From the NCBI GenBank assembly GCA_964435925.1, contig CAYTBG010000004.1:1792-56031 (forward strand): DNA of 54,240 bases, given 5' to 3'. The notes beneath the pieces are model-generated. The model ran no database searches and was not told where the DNA came from. It saw only the letters and a list, made by a program, of their open reading frames with translations. The stretch is from an uncultured Eubacteriales bacterium. GTDB lineage: Bacteria > Acidobacteriota > Aminicenantia > Aminicenantales > Aminicenantaceae. Positions 1-8,864 of this stretch are shown piece by piece; position 1 is the first letter of the stretch, and each line of letters starts with the position of its first letter. The translations under genes were made by a program, and so were the position numbers.

Positions 1-1
1 T

Positions 2-1885
2 GAGGTATGTCGCCCGACCAATAAGCTTGAGATTACTCGGGCTGACGTTGGTCATCGTGTTTCCGATGACCTTTCCCAGACGCGCCATGACCCCTGTTGA
101 ATGAGCGTTAAGCAGGATCTTGAGGGCGATCCGCTGATTGATGCCCAGTGGGTCGTTTGTCGTCTCGATGTTCACAACGATGAGGGAATTTTTCCTTTCA
201 TCTCCGAAATCAGGTATCTTCCGGATGAGTCTTGATATTTTCCTCGATGATTTGTCAGTTATAAGAACAACGGCTACCCTCGCCCCGTTTTTCGAGAAGA
301 GATCGATGAATTTTCGGAAATCAGAATTCTTCTTTCCAAGCTCACCCTCTTCGGGACTAATAAATACCGCAACTCCCAGGTCACCCTGTGTGGGCTCTCG
401 ATTTTTCAGGTTGAAATCAGCGAAAGAAAAATCGTACAGAAACTGCTGGTCGTTTCCTGCGTTTTTAAGGCTTTCCAGTGCTGCTTTTTTTAAATAGGCG
501 TCATCTATTTCATCTTCAAATGGCTTTCTGTAGAATTCGGGGGAGAGTCCTCTGAATGACCTTCCGAGAAATGCTTGCCAGGCATCCTGGAGATTGGCGG
601 CGGGGGTCCAGACCTGAATCCAGCTTTCTCTTTTTGCTTGCCTGACTGTGTCCAGGGGAAAAAGGCGAAACGTTGGGCTTCTTTCAGTGCTGTCGATAAA
701 GACTGTTATCAAGCCTTTTTGGGCAAAATAGGTAGAGAAATTCTCTGTCTTATAAGTTTGGGCTTCAAGCTGTGTGAATTTGGCTATGGCCGAAAGGTTT
801 GCTTTGACCTGTTTCAGAATATAAGAAAATTCCTTTAGCTTGTCTTCAAGACGAAGTTCACTTTTAAATCCGAGGGCTGCCATCTCTTTTTTAGAGAGGA
901 ATTTTCTTAGAGAGCGATCAAGCGCTTGCTGTAGAATATTCCCGACGACAAAAGTTTCGATTGTTGTAGCCTGCATCCGGGTTGAGCCTGTTATCGACTG
1001 AGGCCCTGTTGTGAGATTTATTTTTGTGATTCCGGGCTCTTCAAGGACTCTTCGACTTCTATCAAAGGGGCGAAGCTTTTCGTCAGGGTTGTTGTAAATA
1101 AAATAGAGCTTCTTTTTTGTCTCTTCCAGGTCATAAGACTCGGCTTTTCTCCACTGGTCTAAAGCGGCTAAAATCGTTCCGATAACAGAGGAAGTCTCAC
1201 CTCCTTCAGTCACACAGATAACCACATCCCCTTTCTCGACCTTTCTGTCCTCAAGCTGAAGACGTCCTATAAGCAGCAGGTCTTCAAATCCTTCAAGGGA
1301 ACTGATAAGGGCTCGGTCTCCACCGGTCATCTCTCCTATGAGCTGATCCTCGATGGAATCCCCAAGATGGAGTTGGATCTTTGACCAGATCCTTCTCTTT
1401 TTTCTGGCTTTTTGCCAGAAAGGGCGCCAGAAAGTGCTTTCCATCTGTTTGGCCAGACGGCCTGTGGCACCGCAGCCGTAGATGTATATTTTTTGCCTGG
1501 AGAGGAGAGCTTGTTCTATAGCCTGAACAGCTTGTTCCAAGGTTTCTTTTTCTCTGACCAGTGCTTTAAGTTTTTCCACAATATCTTCATCTACGGAGAA
1601 AAGTAGACGAAGGCCGCTCTCGCAGTCCTTCTGTATTCTTTCGCTTAAATCCCAGGTTTTTTTATGACGTTGTTCAGTAAGAAGTGTATGAAGCTGAAAT
1701 TGAGTTTTATTCTGGACATAATCTATGGATTCAGAAGAAGGGCTGATCCTCAGAAGATTAAGGATGCTGGCCTTGGTTGTAGAGACTACTTGCGTTTCCT
1801 GTTGGCAGATGGAAAAAACCTGAAACCCCAGCAGGAGAGATACCAGTGCGAGGAGAAAGGCAAAGAAAATTAGGCGCGAGCTCAT
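2..1885 (-). CDS. MurQ/glucokinase-regulatory-protein-like SIS protein with N-terminal hydrophobic segment (partial, runs off left edge, >=628 aa)
   Basis: Not in ORF track; translated by hand. GGAGG RBS then ATG at 1885 (MSSRLIFFAFLLALVSLLLGF). Same frame contains YIYGCGATGRLA, GGDRALISSLEGFED, GPQSITGSTRMQA and LKILLNAHSTGVMARLGKVIGNTMTNVSPSNLKL, all MurQ/GKRP-type motifs. Confidence 0.8.
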   Translation of the reverse strand, partial: MSSRLIFFAFLLALVSLLLGFQVFSICQQETQVVSTTKASILNLLRISPSSESIDYVQNKTQFQLHTLLTEQRHKKTWDLSERIQKDCESGLRLLFSVDEDIVEKLKALVREKETLEQAVQAIEQALLSRQKIYIYGCGATGRLAKQMESTFWRPFWQKARKKRRIWSKIQLHLGDSIEDQLIGEMTGGDRALISSLEGFEDLLLIGRLQLEDRKVEKGDVVICVTEGGETSSVIGTILAALDQWRKAESYDLEETKKKLYFIYNNPDEKLRPFDRSRRVLEEPGITKINLTTGPQSITGSTRMQATTIETFVVGNILQQALDRSLRKFLSKKEMAALGFKSELRLEDKLKEFSYILKQVKANLSAIAKFTQLEAQTYKTENFSTYFAQKGLITVFIDSTERSPTFRLFPLDTVRQAKRESWIQVWTPAANLQDAWQAFLGRSFRGLSPEFYRKPFEDEIDDAYLKKAALESLKNAGNDQQFLYDFSFADFNLKNREPTQGDLGVAVFISPEEGELGKKNSDFRKFIDLFSKNGARVAVVLITDKSSRKISRLIRKIPDFGDERKNSLIVVNIETTNDPLGINQRIALKILLNAHSTGVMARLGKVIGNTMTNVSPSNLKLIGRATYL

Positions 1886-1950
1886 ATTAAATCCTCCGTA
1901 TGTATTCGAATATCATTCTGCAAATAGCTGCAGAAGATATTTAAATCATC

Positions 1951-2460
1951 TTAACCATATTGGTGGCTATCATCGAGAATATCGCCTTCCTGCCAATCCT
2001 TAATCCAGTCGCTTATACGGAAAATTTTCATTTTACCATCTGCTGTAGAGCAGATTACACGGTTAAGGCCGGCATTTATAATCATTTTCTTGCAGATATA
2101 ACAGGGGAAAGCATCTATTGTTTTATCTTTTCCGAAAACATTGCCGTAAATATACATGTCTCCTCCCAGGAGGCTGACTCCAGCCCGGGCAGCGTTGATG
2201 ATAGCGTTTTGTTCTGCATGGACGCTTCGGCAAAGCTCATAGCGCTGGCCGTGGGGTATTTTCAACTTATCCCTGAGGCAGAAGCCGTGTTCGAGGCTGT
2301 CCTTGGTTTTCCTTGGGGCCCCCACGTATCCTGTGGAGATGATCTGGTCATCACGGATGATGATGGCCCCTATGGATCGACGCCAGCAGGTGCTGCGCCG
2401 TCCAACTTCTTCTGCGATCCCCAAATAGTATTCGTCTTTGGAAATTCTTTTCTTTTTCAC
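1951..2460 (-). CDS. dCMP deaminase (ComEB/cytidine deaminase family)
   Basis: RSTC..R.IGAII, TGYVGAP, HAEQNAI and PCYICKK zinc-deaminase motifs. Confidence 0.9.
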   Translation of the reverse strand: MKKKRISKDEYYLGIAEEVGRRSTCWRRSIGAIIIRDDQIISTGYVGAPRKTKDSLEHGFCLRDKLKIPHGQRYELCRSVHAEQNAIINAARAGVSLLGGDMYIYGNVFGKDKTIDAFPCYICKKMIINAGLNRVICSTADGKMKIFRISDWIKDWQEGDILDDSHQYG

Positions 2461-2996
2461 AACAATTCCTCCAGTTTTCGGTGCAAATCTTTGAGGGAAC
2501 CATCATTGATCACGAGGAAATCTGCCATCTTCATGCAGTTATGAAGCTGCTGTCCTTTTTCAAGGTCTGTCATCTCTTCTGCCTCTTTTTTTATAAACTC
2601 CTCAAGAGTTGAGGCTGACTCCGCTCTTCCTCTCTGTTTCGCTCTCTCATATCTTAAATCCACAGGCGCATCAACGGCCAGGAGGATAAAGTTTTTTTGA
2701 GCTCTCAAGTATTCAACTTCTCTGGGATTACGAATGCTGTCTATTACAGATTTATCCTTAACCTTTTCCATAACAAGCCTAGCCAGGATATCATGACCGC
2801 CTTTTTCTCTCAACTCGTTTCCCATTTTTATCAAGTTGTCCCTGGTCTCTTCTTTTCCAATTTTTCGGAGTTCTTCACGAATCAGGTCGGAAAGAGAGAA
2901 ATAGGTGTAGCCTTTTTTTTCAAAGAAAGAAGCCACCTCTCCTTTTCCAGCGCTGTTTGTGCCTGTTAAGCCTATAAGCTTTGCTTCTTTTTTCAT
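2457..2996 (-). CDS. P-loop nucleotide-kinase-like protein (dephospho-CoA/NMP kinase fold)
   Basis: GLTGTNSAGKG Walker A, IDSIRNPREV, ADFLVINDG; overlaps the deaminase start by 4 nt. Confidence 0.8.
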   Translation of the reverse strand: MKKEAKLIGLTGTNSAGKGEVASFFEKKGYTYFSLSDLIREELRKIGKEETRDNLIKMGNELREKGGHDILARLVMEKVKDKSVIDSIRNPREVEYLRAQKNFILLAVDAPVDLRYERAKQRGRAESASTLEEFIKKEAEEMTDLEKGQQLHNCMKMADFLVINDGSLKDLHRKLEELL

Positions 2997-4636
2997 TTTC
3001 TCAAGACTCTGGGGATACTTTTTATGAAATTAAGAATCGGACTTCCAGCCTTTATCAGCGACCAATAAGGTATGAGAGAAAAGGCGGCCTTAATTTTTTT
3101 AAAAAGCCGATCGTGATAAAAAAGGACAAAAGATTTATCCAGCACCTTTGGCCAGTTTGAGCTGTAGGGATACCACCATAGTTGGGTCTTTTTTTTAGCA
3201 AGGTCCAGACTGACATATTTGATATTCATAAGTTTCTGAAGGCCGAATTGTCCATGGGTCCGCCCTTTTCCGGTTTGCTTCACTCCTCCCCATATAGCTC
3301 CTGGCTCTATAAAAGAAAACATGTGATCGTTCACTGTTATGGTACCTGCTTCGATTCTCTCAGCCATCCAGGATGCCGTTTTCTTGCTTCTTGTCCAGAT
3401 AGAAGCAGTCAAACCGAAGCGGGAATCGTTTGCCAGGGAAACAGCCTCCTCTGGTTCAGAAAAGGGCATGATGGGAAGGACTGGACCGAAGGTTTCATCC
3501 TGCATGACTTTCATCGAGTGGTTGACCTCCGAGAGAACGGTCGGTTGGAAAAAGTAACCAGGGAGGTTTTCTATCTTTTCTCCTCCCCACAGCACTTTAG
3601 CTCCTTTTCTTACTGCATCCCCTATCTGTTCTTCAACAACTTTTAGTTGACTGAGAGTGGCCATAGGCCCCAGGTCGACTTCAGGCTCCAGGGGATTACC
3701 CACCTTTAACTTTTTGGTGTGACTCAAAACTTTCTCGATAAATTCGTCTGCAATCTCTCGAGCAATATAGACCCTCTCAACAGAAGCGCAGCTTTGGCCA
3801 GTATTCATGAAAGCGCCCCAGACTGCTCCCCTGGATGCTCTTTCCAGATCTGCGTCCTTGAGAACGATCATGGGATCTTTTCCTCCCAGCTCCAGAACAA
3901 TATTATGCAGATTTTGGCTGGCGAGCTCCATAATTCTTTTTCCCGTGGGAACGCTCCCGGTAAACATGACTGTCTCAACATCCTGGCTCAGTATTAAATC
4001 TTCTGCTTGTGCTACTTTGCAGTTGACGATATTCAACACGCCGGGAGGGAGACCGGCCTTTAATAAGATTTCGCCGATCAGAAGCCCCATTAAAGGCGTT
4101 GATGTCGACGGCCTGAAGACTACAGTGTTCCCTGCAGCAAGGGCAGCAATGATATCGTAAAAAGGAATCAGAAAAGGAAAATTCCAAGGGGAGATGACGA
4201 GTGTTACTCCTAATGGCTGGAAATGAAAGGAACTTTTTTTGTGGAAAAAAAGAACGACGTGATGTTTCGTCTTCTTCGACTTTAACGATTTCTTCAAATT
4301 CTTGCTGTAGTAGTCCAGGAGTTCGAGGACTCCCATGACTTCTCCTGATAAAGACTCTGGAAGGGGAGAGCCTTTTTCGAGGGTTAAAAGTCGGGCCGCC
4401 TCGCTGCTTCTCTGGAGAAGGATCTTTTTTGCCCTCTGGAAAATCTCTCTTTTTTTCTCGCAGGAAAGTCCTTTCCAGAGAGGATAAGCTCTCTTCGCTG
4501 CTTGAATCGCCTCCTGGCATTCTGCGGCAGAGGCGAGGCAGACTTCACCCACAGATTCCAGAGTGGCAGGGTTAAAGGATTTAATTTTCTCTTTGGTTTC
4601 CACCCGGTTGTTTTCGATTATGAGTCTTCCGTCCAT
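2993..4636 (-). CDS. Aldehyde dehydrogenase family protein
   Basis: ISPWNFP, FTGS, ELGGKDP, GQSCAS, ETFGPV, WGGVKQTG. ATG at 4636 preferred over the GTG at 4672 that overlaps the upstream gene. Confidence 0.92.
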   Translation of the reverse strand: MDGRLIIENNRVETKEKIKSFNPATLESVGEVCLASAAECQEAIQAAKRAYPLWKGLSCEKKREIFQRAKKILLQRSSEAARLLTLEKGSPLPESLSGEVMGVLELLDYYSKNLKKSLKSKKTKHHVVLFFHKKSSFHFQPLGVTLVISPWNFPFLIPFYDIIAALAAGNTVVFRPSTSTPLMGLLIGEILLKAGLPPGVLNIVNCKVAQAEDLILSQDVETVMFTGSVPTGKRIMELASQNLHNIVLELGGKDPMIVLKDADLERASRGAVWGAFMNTGQSCASVERVYIAREIADEFIEKVLSHTKKLKVGNPLEPEVDLGPMATLSQLKVVEEQIGDAVRKGAKVLWGGEKIENLPGYFFQPTVLSEVNHSMKVMQDETFGPVLPIMPFSEPEEAVSLANDSRFGLTASIWTRSKKTASWMAERIEAGTITVNDHMFSFIEPGAIWGGVKQTGKGRTHGQFGLQKLMNIKYVSLDLAKKKTQLWWYPYSSNWPKVLDKSFVLFYHDRLFKKIKAAFSLIPYWSLIKAGSPILNFIKSIPRVLRK

Positions 4637-4641
4637 GGATC

Positions 4642-5925
4642 TTACAACCTGCCTTTGATCAGTCTTTTGCACCAGGAAATAAAAAGGAAAAAATAGGCAT
4701 CCATGATAAGATCAAACCTGAAAAGGGGATTGAGAATTCCAGCTTTTAAGAAGAACCAGAGGACGAGGTCTTTGTGCCTTGGCGGGCAGCCTCTGATCTT
4801 TCTTAGCTTTCGAGCTTTAACTTTTCCCTGGATTCCAGAACAGGTGCCGATAACCATCACTCGGGAAGCTGAGACATCCCCTGAATGCCGACCTATGACA
4901 ACTGTCCACGGAGGAAGATTTTTCCAGAGTTCAGGCTTTCTGTCTTTAAACATGTATAGCCAGTCCAAGAAAATACCGTGACATCCGCCAGGGCAATAAG
5001 GTTCGCCAACAATTGTTTTTATATTGCAATCAACCTTGTCCACTTTAACCACCCCGAGGTCCCAATTTTTTGTTTTTTGCCTGATTTCTTCGAGGGATAT
5101 ATCCCCTTCGATTTCGATCTCATCGAGGCTGAGGGAGCCGTAGCCTCTTTCATGGGCAATGCGGAGATATTGAATGTGCTGAGGATCAAGGTGAAGGATA
5201 TGAGAACAGACAACGTCGTGGGCAACAGGGTCTGTAGCCATCAGGATTATCCCTAAGTGCCTTCCGTGTTGAGTGAGTTGATTTCCTCCCAGGGAAATTT
5301 CAATAGCATCCGTGGCGATAAAATCCGGGAAACCTACTTCCAGGAGATCAACTATTTTCTTGTCCAGGTTAAAATTGTGATTCCACAATCTTTTTTTGTC
5401 CAGGAGGAGTCCCATGTTGAGCTTAACGGCCGCTGTCAGGCCCTGGCACAACACATTGCTCTTAAGTTTTGGTGCATAGACGAGAAAGTCATTATCCACA
5501 ATTTCTCGGGCTGTGGTCACTTCCTGATGGATTTCTCCTTTTTGAAGGCGTACTGTTTTCTTTCTGGATTCCTCTATCGGAAGGAGCTTAATCCTGTATT
5601 TTTTTTTTAGATCGTAGTACCCAGCTCGTCTGAACATCCTGGTGGTAGGAAGCCCTGCTCCGGCTTTTTCAGCGAGAACGATTTTCGAATCATCTTTTTT
5701 CCCCTCCGTCAAGGCACCTAGGAGACCGTCGAGAAATTCTGGGCGGGTGAAGGCTGAAGGAGCGATCTTATGATGAGCCATGACCACATTAGGTTTGATG
5801 GTGATTTTTTCCTTTGTTTTCGAACTAAGGCCGAATTCGCTCAGGCCTTCCTGAACGATTTTTTTGATAATTTCTGGATTGTAATCGGGAGACCTGCGGA
5901 TAATGACTTTCTCTTTTTTCCTCAT
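4642..5925 (-). CDS. DUF362 domain-containing (putative Fe-S) protein
   Basis: IKPNVV, PKLKSN, LTAAVKLNMG, DPVAHDVVC, C-terminal CPGGC/GTC/GCPP ligands. Confidence 0.75.
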   Translation of the reverse strand: MRKKEKVIIRRSPDYNPEIIKKIVQEGLSEFGLSSKTKEKITIKPNVVMAHHKIAPSAFTRPEFLDGLLGALTEGKKDDSKIVLAEKAGAGLPTTRMFRRAGYYDLKKKYRIKLLPIEESRKKTVRLQKGEIHQEVTTAREIVDNDFLVYAPKLKSNVLCQGLTAAVKLNMGLLLDKKRLWNHNFNLDKKIVDLLEVGFPDFIATDAIEISLGGNQLTQHGRHLGIILMATDPVAHDVVCSHILHLDPQHIQYLRIAHERGYGSLSLDEIEIEGDISLEEIRQKTKNWDLGVVKVDKVDCNIKTIVGEPYCPGGCHGIFLDWLYMFKDRKPELWKNLPPWTVVIGRHSGDVSASRVMVIGTCSGIQGKVKARKLRKIRGCPPRHKDLVLWFFLKAGILNPLFRFDLIMDAYFFLFISWCKRLIKGRL

Positions 5926-5948
5926 TCTCTCATCTATCAATCATTCAT

Positions 5949-6731
5949 TTACCCGGCTAAGTCTTCTTCGGCTTTTTTCCGTTCTTTCTTTCTCCTTTTT
6001 TCTGAAAAGAAGGCAATCAGAATACTCAAGCCGTAAAGGGCTAACATGGGGCCAGCGATGATACTTTGAGTGATCATGTCTGGAGTGGGAGTGATGATAG
6101 CAGCAATGATAAAAATAGCCAAGACTGCATACTTGAAATTTTTTACCATCCATCTGGAGGTAATAATTCCCATACGTGAGAGGAAGAAAACGAGAGTGGG
6201 TAATTCAAAAACCAGAGCGATCCCCAAGAGCACCCGGAGAGCCAGGCTGAAATATTGTTTAACGGTAATGACGGGCCGAAAGTCAGCTCCCATACCTATG
6301 AAAAATCGGCAGGCCCAGGGGAAGACCACAAGGTAGCCGAAGAGACCTCCCAGGATAAAAAAGAACGATGTTAAAAAAACAAAGGGAATAACATATTTTT
6401 TTTCTTTCTGGTAGAGGCCAGGGGCAGTAAACAACCAGAATTGAAGAAAAATAAAGGGTGAAGTGGCAAAAATTGCAGTCAAAAACGAGACCTTGATGTA
6501 GAGCATAAAGGGTTCGGTCAGTGATGTGAAAGCTAACATCTCCCCTTCAGGAAGGAACTGGGTGACCGGGACAGCCAGGATTCCGAAGATTTCCTTACTG
6601 AAAAACCAGGCTGGGATGACAGCGAGGATGATGACAATGAAGGAGAGAAATATCCTTTTTCTGAGGTCTTCGAGATGTTCGAGGAAGGTCATACGGTCAG
6701 GAGTCTTTTTTCCCTTCCTCATTTCCTTCAA
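5949..6731 (-). CDS. tatC: Twin-arginine translocase subunit TatC
   Basis: MTFLEHLEDLRKR, FELP, IITPTPD motifs; multiple TM segments. Confidence 0.96.
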   Translation of the reverse strand: MKEMRKGKKTPDRMTFLEHLEDLRKRIFLSFIVIILAVIPAWFFSKEIFGILAVPVTQFLPEGEMLAFTSLTEPFMLYIKVSFLTAIFATSPFIFLQFWLFTAPGLYQKEKKYVIPFVFLTSFFFILGGLFGYLVVFPWACRFFIGMGADFRPVITVKQYFSLALRVLLGIALVFELPTLVFFLSRMGIITSRWMVKNFKYAVLAIFIIAAIITPTPDMITQSIIAGPMLALYGLSILIAFFSEKRRKKERKKAEEDLAG

Positions 6732-6942
6732 TATCCTTTTTAAACTCTTCCTTTATGTCTCTAAACTCGTCAACTTGGATCTCTTCTTCAATCTTTTCTT
6801 TGATTTCGTCAGATGTCCTTCTGAATTCTCGGAGGGCTTTACCTATAGACCTTCCTACCTCAGGGAGTTTTTTGGGCCCAAAGATGAGAAGGGCAACGGC
6901 GAGAATGATGAATAATTCAGGGAGTCCTATGTTTCCGAACAT
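6697..6942 (-). CDS. tatA: Twin-arginine translocase TatA/TatB subunit
   Basis: MFGNIGLPELFIILAVALLIFGPKKLPEVGRSIGKALREFRR; start reassigned to ATG 6942. Confidence 0.92.
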   Translation of the reverse strand: MFGNIGLPELFIILAVALLIFGPKKLPEVGRSIGKALREFRRTSDEIKEKIEEEIQVDEFRDIKEEFKKDIEGNEEGKKDS

Positions 6943-7045
6943 TTCTTTCTTTTCTTTAGAGACCTGAAAGCTTATAAAAATATAGCCGTTCAACCGGATT
7001 AAGTCAAGTTAGCACCTCCAAATCCATGATTGAGAAAAAATGGTG

Positions 7046-7140
7046 AGAAAAAATGGGGCCAGGCCCCATTTTCTGCTGTTATGTCCTCAAGTTGAGAATG
7101 TCCTCTTTCTTACAAAATGGGGCCTGGCCCCATTTTTTCT
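7046..7140. repeat. Inverted REP doublet (REPIN-like), GGGGCCAGGCCCC core
   Basis: 27 bp arm 7046-7072 AGAAAAAATGGGGCCAGGCCCCATTTT and its exact reverse complement at 7114-7140; each arm is itself a hairpin. Confidence 0.85.
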
Positions 7141-7245
7141 TGAACATAGCAACCAGTTATCACGGAAAAAAGAGGCGTCCCTAACTCTACAAGAACTTTA
7201 CAAGAACAAGAGGCTCTGGTAGTATTTGAGTGGACTGAAACAGGA

Positions 7246-8811
7246 ATGAAAAGAAAAATATCTTTACTATTTGCTTTGATCTTTGTGCTCGTCCTTGTTC
7301 CTGCTCGGAATGAGGATATCTGGAGTTCATATTTTGAGAAAGTATCCTCCATTGCTTCCCTCATAGAAGAAAGCTATTTTCGGGACATTGACCAGGAGGA
7401 GCTTGCCTATTCCTCTATAAAAGGGATGCTTCAGACTTTGGATCCGCATTCTTATTTTCTTGATCCAAGTCATTTCTCTCGTTTGAGAGAAGAACACGTG
7501 GGGAAATATCACGGCCTGGGAATCCTAATCCAGAAGCAGGAACAGCGTTTGGTTGTAATCTCTCCTATAGAAGGAGGGCCTGCATACAGGTTGGGAATTC
7601 AGGCTGGAGATGTTATTTCTCATATCAGCGGCGAGAGCACAAAGCCAATAACGAGTTACGAAGCAATGCTAAAGTTAAGGGGCGTTAAGGGAACCAAGGT
7701 CAAGATAACAATTGTCCGCGAGGGGATGGAAAAGCCTTTTGAGATGACCATAGTGAGGGAGGAGATACCTCTTTACAGCGTTCCCTATTCCTTTCTGCTT
7801 CAAGACGAAATTGGATACATTTTCATCCGAAATTTTGGTGGAACCACGACCAAGGAATTTGAAGAAAAAATGGAGTCGTTAGTCAAGCAAGGAATGAAGA
7901 GCCTCATCCTTGATATGAGGACGAATGGTGGCGGCACTTTTATTCAATCAATAGAGATTTCGGATGAATTTCTATCAAGAGGCACTCTTATTGTTTCAAT
8001 GAAAGGGAAGAAAAAGGAATACAATAGAGAATTCCGAGCTTTATACGACAATCAATATGAAAAAATTCCCCTTGTAATACTGATAAATCGAGGAAGTGCC
8101 AGCGCTCCTGAAATCGTAAGCGGAGCCATAAAGGATAACGACAGAGGTTTTATCGTGGGTGAAACCTCCTTTGGAAAAGGGCTGGTTCAGACAGTTCATC
8201 CCCTTTCTATGAATGCTGCGGTTGCCCTGACGACTGCAAAATATTTTACGCCGAGCGGCAGGTCAATCCAGAGAGATTATACTCACATTGAAGATTATAG
8301 GTTCACCACAAGAATCCAAGAAGCAGAAAGAGAAGTGAGGTATACTTCGGGAGGAAGAAAGGTCCTGGGCCAGGGAGGAATATCTCCTGATTATGAAGTG
8401 AAATTCTCTTTTCAGACTGTTACGGCACAGCTGCTGATTAAGGGAGCATTTTTCTCCTATGCTCAAAAGTTCTCGCATAATAATACTCCTCTGTCGAAAA
8501 GAATCAGCTTTCCCCCTAAAAGCCAGACACGGGTTAAAGATTCTGGCAGAAAAAAAGTTGTGGGAAGAGATTTTATCGTTGGTTCTCTGGTTATGAAAGA
8601 TTTCAAGGACTATCTTCGGGTAAGTAAAATTGATTATGACTTAGATCAATTTGAAGAGGCGAAAGAAGAAATAAAAAGAGAACTGGAAAGAGAGATATTT
8701 TCTTCACTCTGGGGCATTGAGGAAGGAGTAAAGGTTTATCGGAGTAGCGATCCTGTTGTTTTAAAAGCTATAGACGTCTTACCCGAAGCTTCAACCCTCA
8801 TAGAAAAATAA
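7246..8811 (+). CDS. S41 family C-terminal processing peptidase (CtpA/Prc-like)
   Basis: LDPHS, PDZ region, LILDMRTNGGG, SASAPEIVSGA, SFGKGLVQ, YFTPSGRSIQ; N-terminal signal. Confidence 0.93.
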   Translation: MKRKISLLFALIFVLVLVPARNEDIWSSYFEKVSSIASLIEESYFRDIDQEELAYSSIKGMLQTLDPHSYFLDPSHFSRLREEHVGKYHGLGILIQKQEQRLVVISPIEGGPAYRLGIQAGDVISHISGESTKPITSYEAMLKLRGVKGTKVKITIVREGMEKPFEMTIVREEIPLYSVPYSFLLQDEIGYIFIRNFGGTTTKEFEEKMESLVKQGMKSLILDMRTNGGGTFIQSIEISDEFLSRGTLIVSMKGKKKEYNREFRALYDNQYEKIPLVILINRGSASAPEIVSGAIKDNDRGFIVGETSFGKGLVQTVHPLSMNAAVALTTAKYFTPSGRSIQRDYTHIEDYRFTTRIQEAEREVRYTSGGRKVLGQGGISPDYEVKFSFQTVTAQLLIKGAFFSYAQKFSHNNTPLSKRISFPPKSQTRVKDSGRKKVVGRDFIVGSLVMKDFKDYLRVSKIDYDLDQFEEAKEEIKRELEREIFSSLWGIEEGVKVYRSSDPVVLKAIDVLPEASTLIEK

Positions 8812-8848
8812 AATGGGGCCAAATAAAATGGGGCCAGGCCCCATTATT
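8810..8848 (+). repeat. REP-like palindrome (one partial + one full copy)
   Basis: AAAATGGGGCC 8810-8820, then AAAATGGGGCCAGGCCCCATT from 8825. Confidence 0.8.
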
Positions 8849-8864
8849 CCCACGTCTATTAATT

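Noticed and set aside
138-1873. Plus-strand ORFs 138-497, 575-838, 1412-1606, 1664-1873
   Set aside because: Antisense shadows of the long minus-strand SIS gene that the track missed
1960-6915. Many plus-strand ORFs opposite the deaminase-to-tat operon
   Set aside because: No motifs; fully overlap well-supported minus-strand genes
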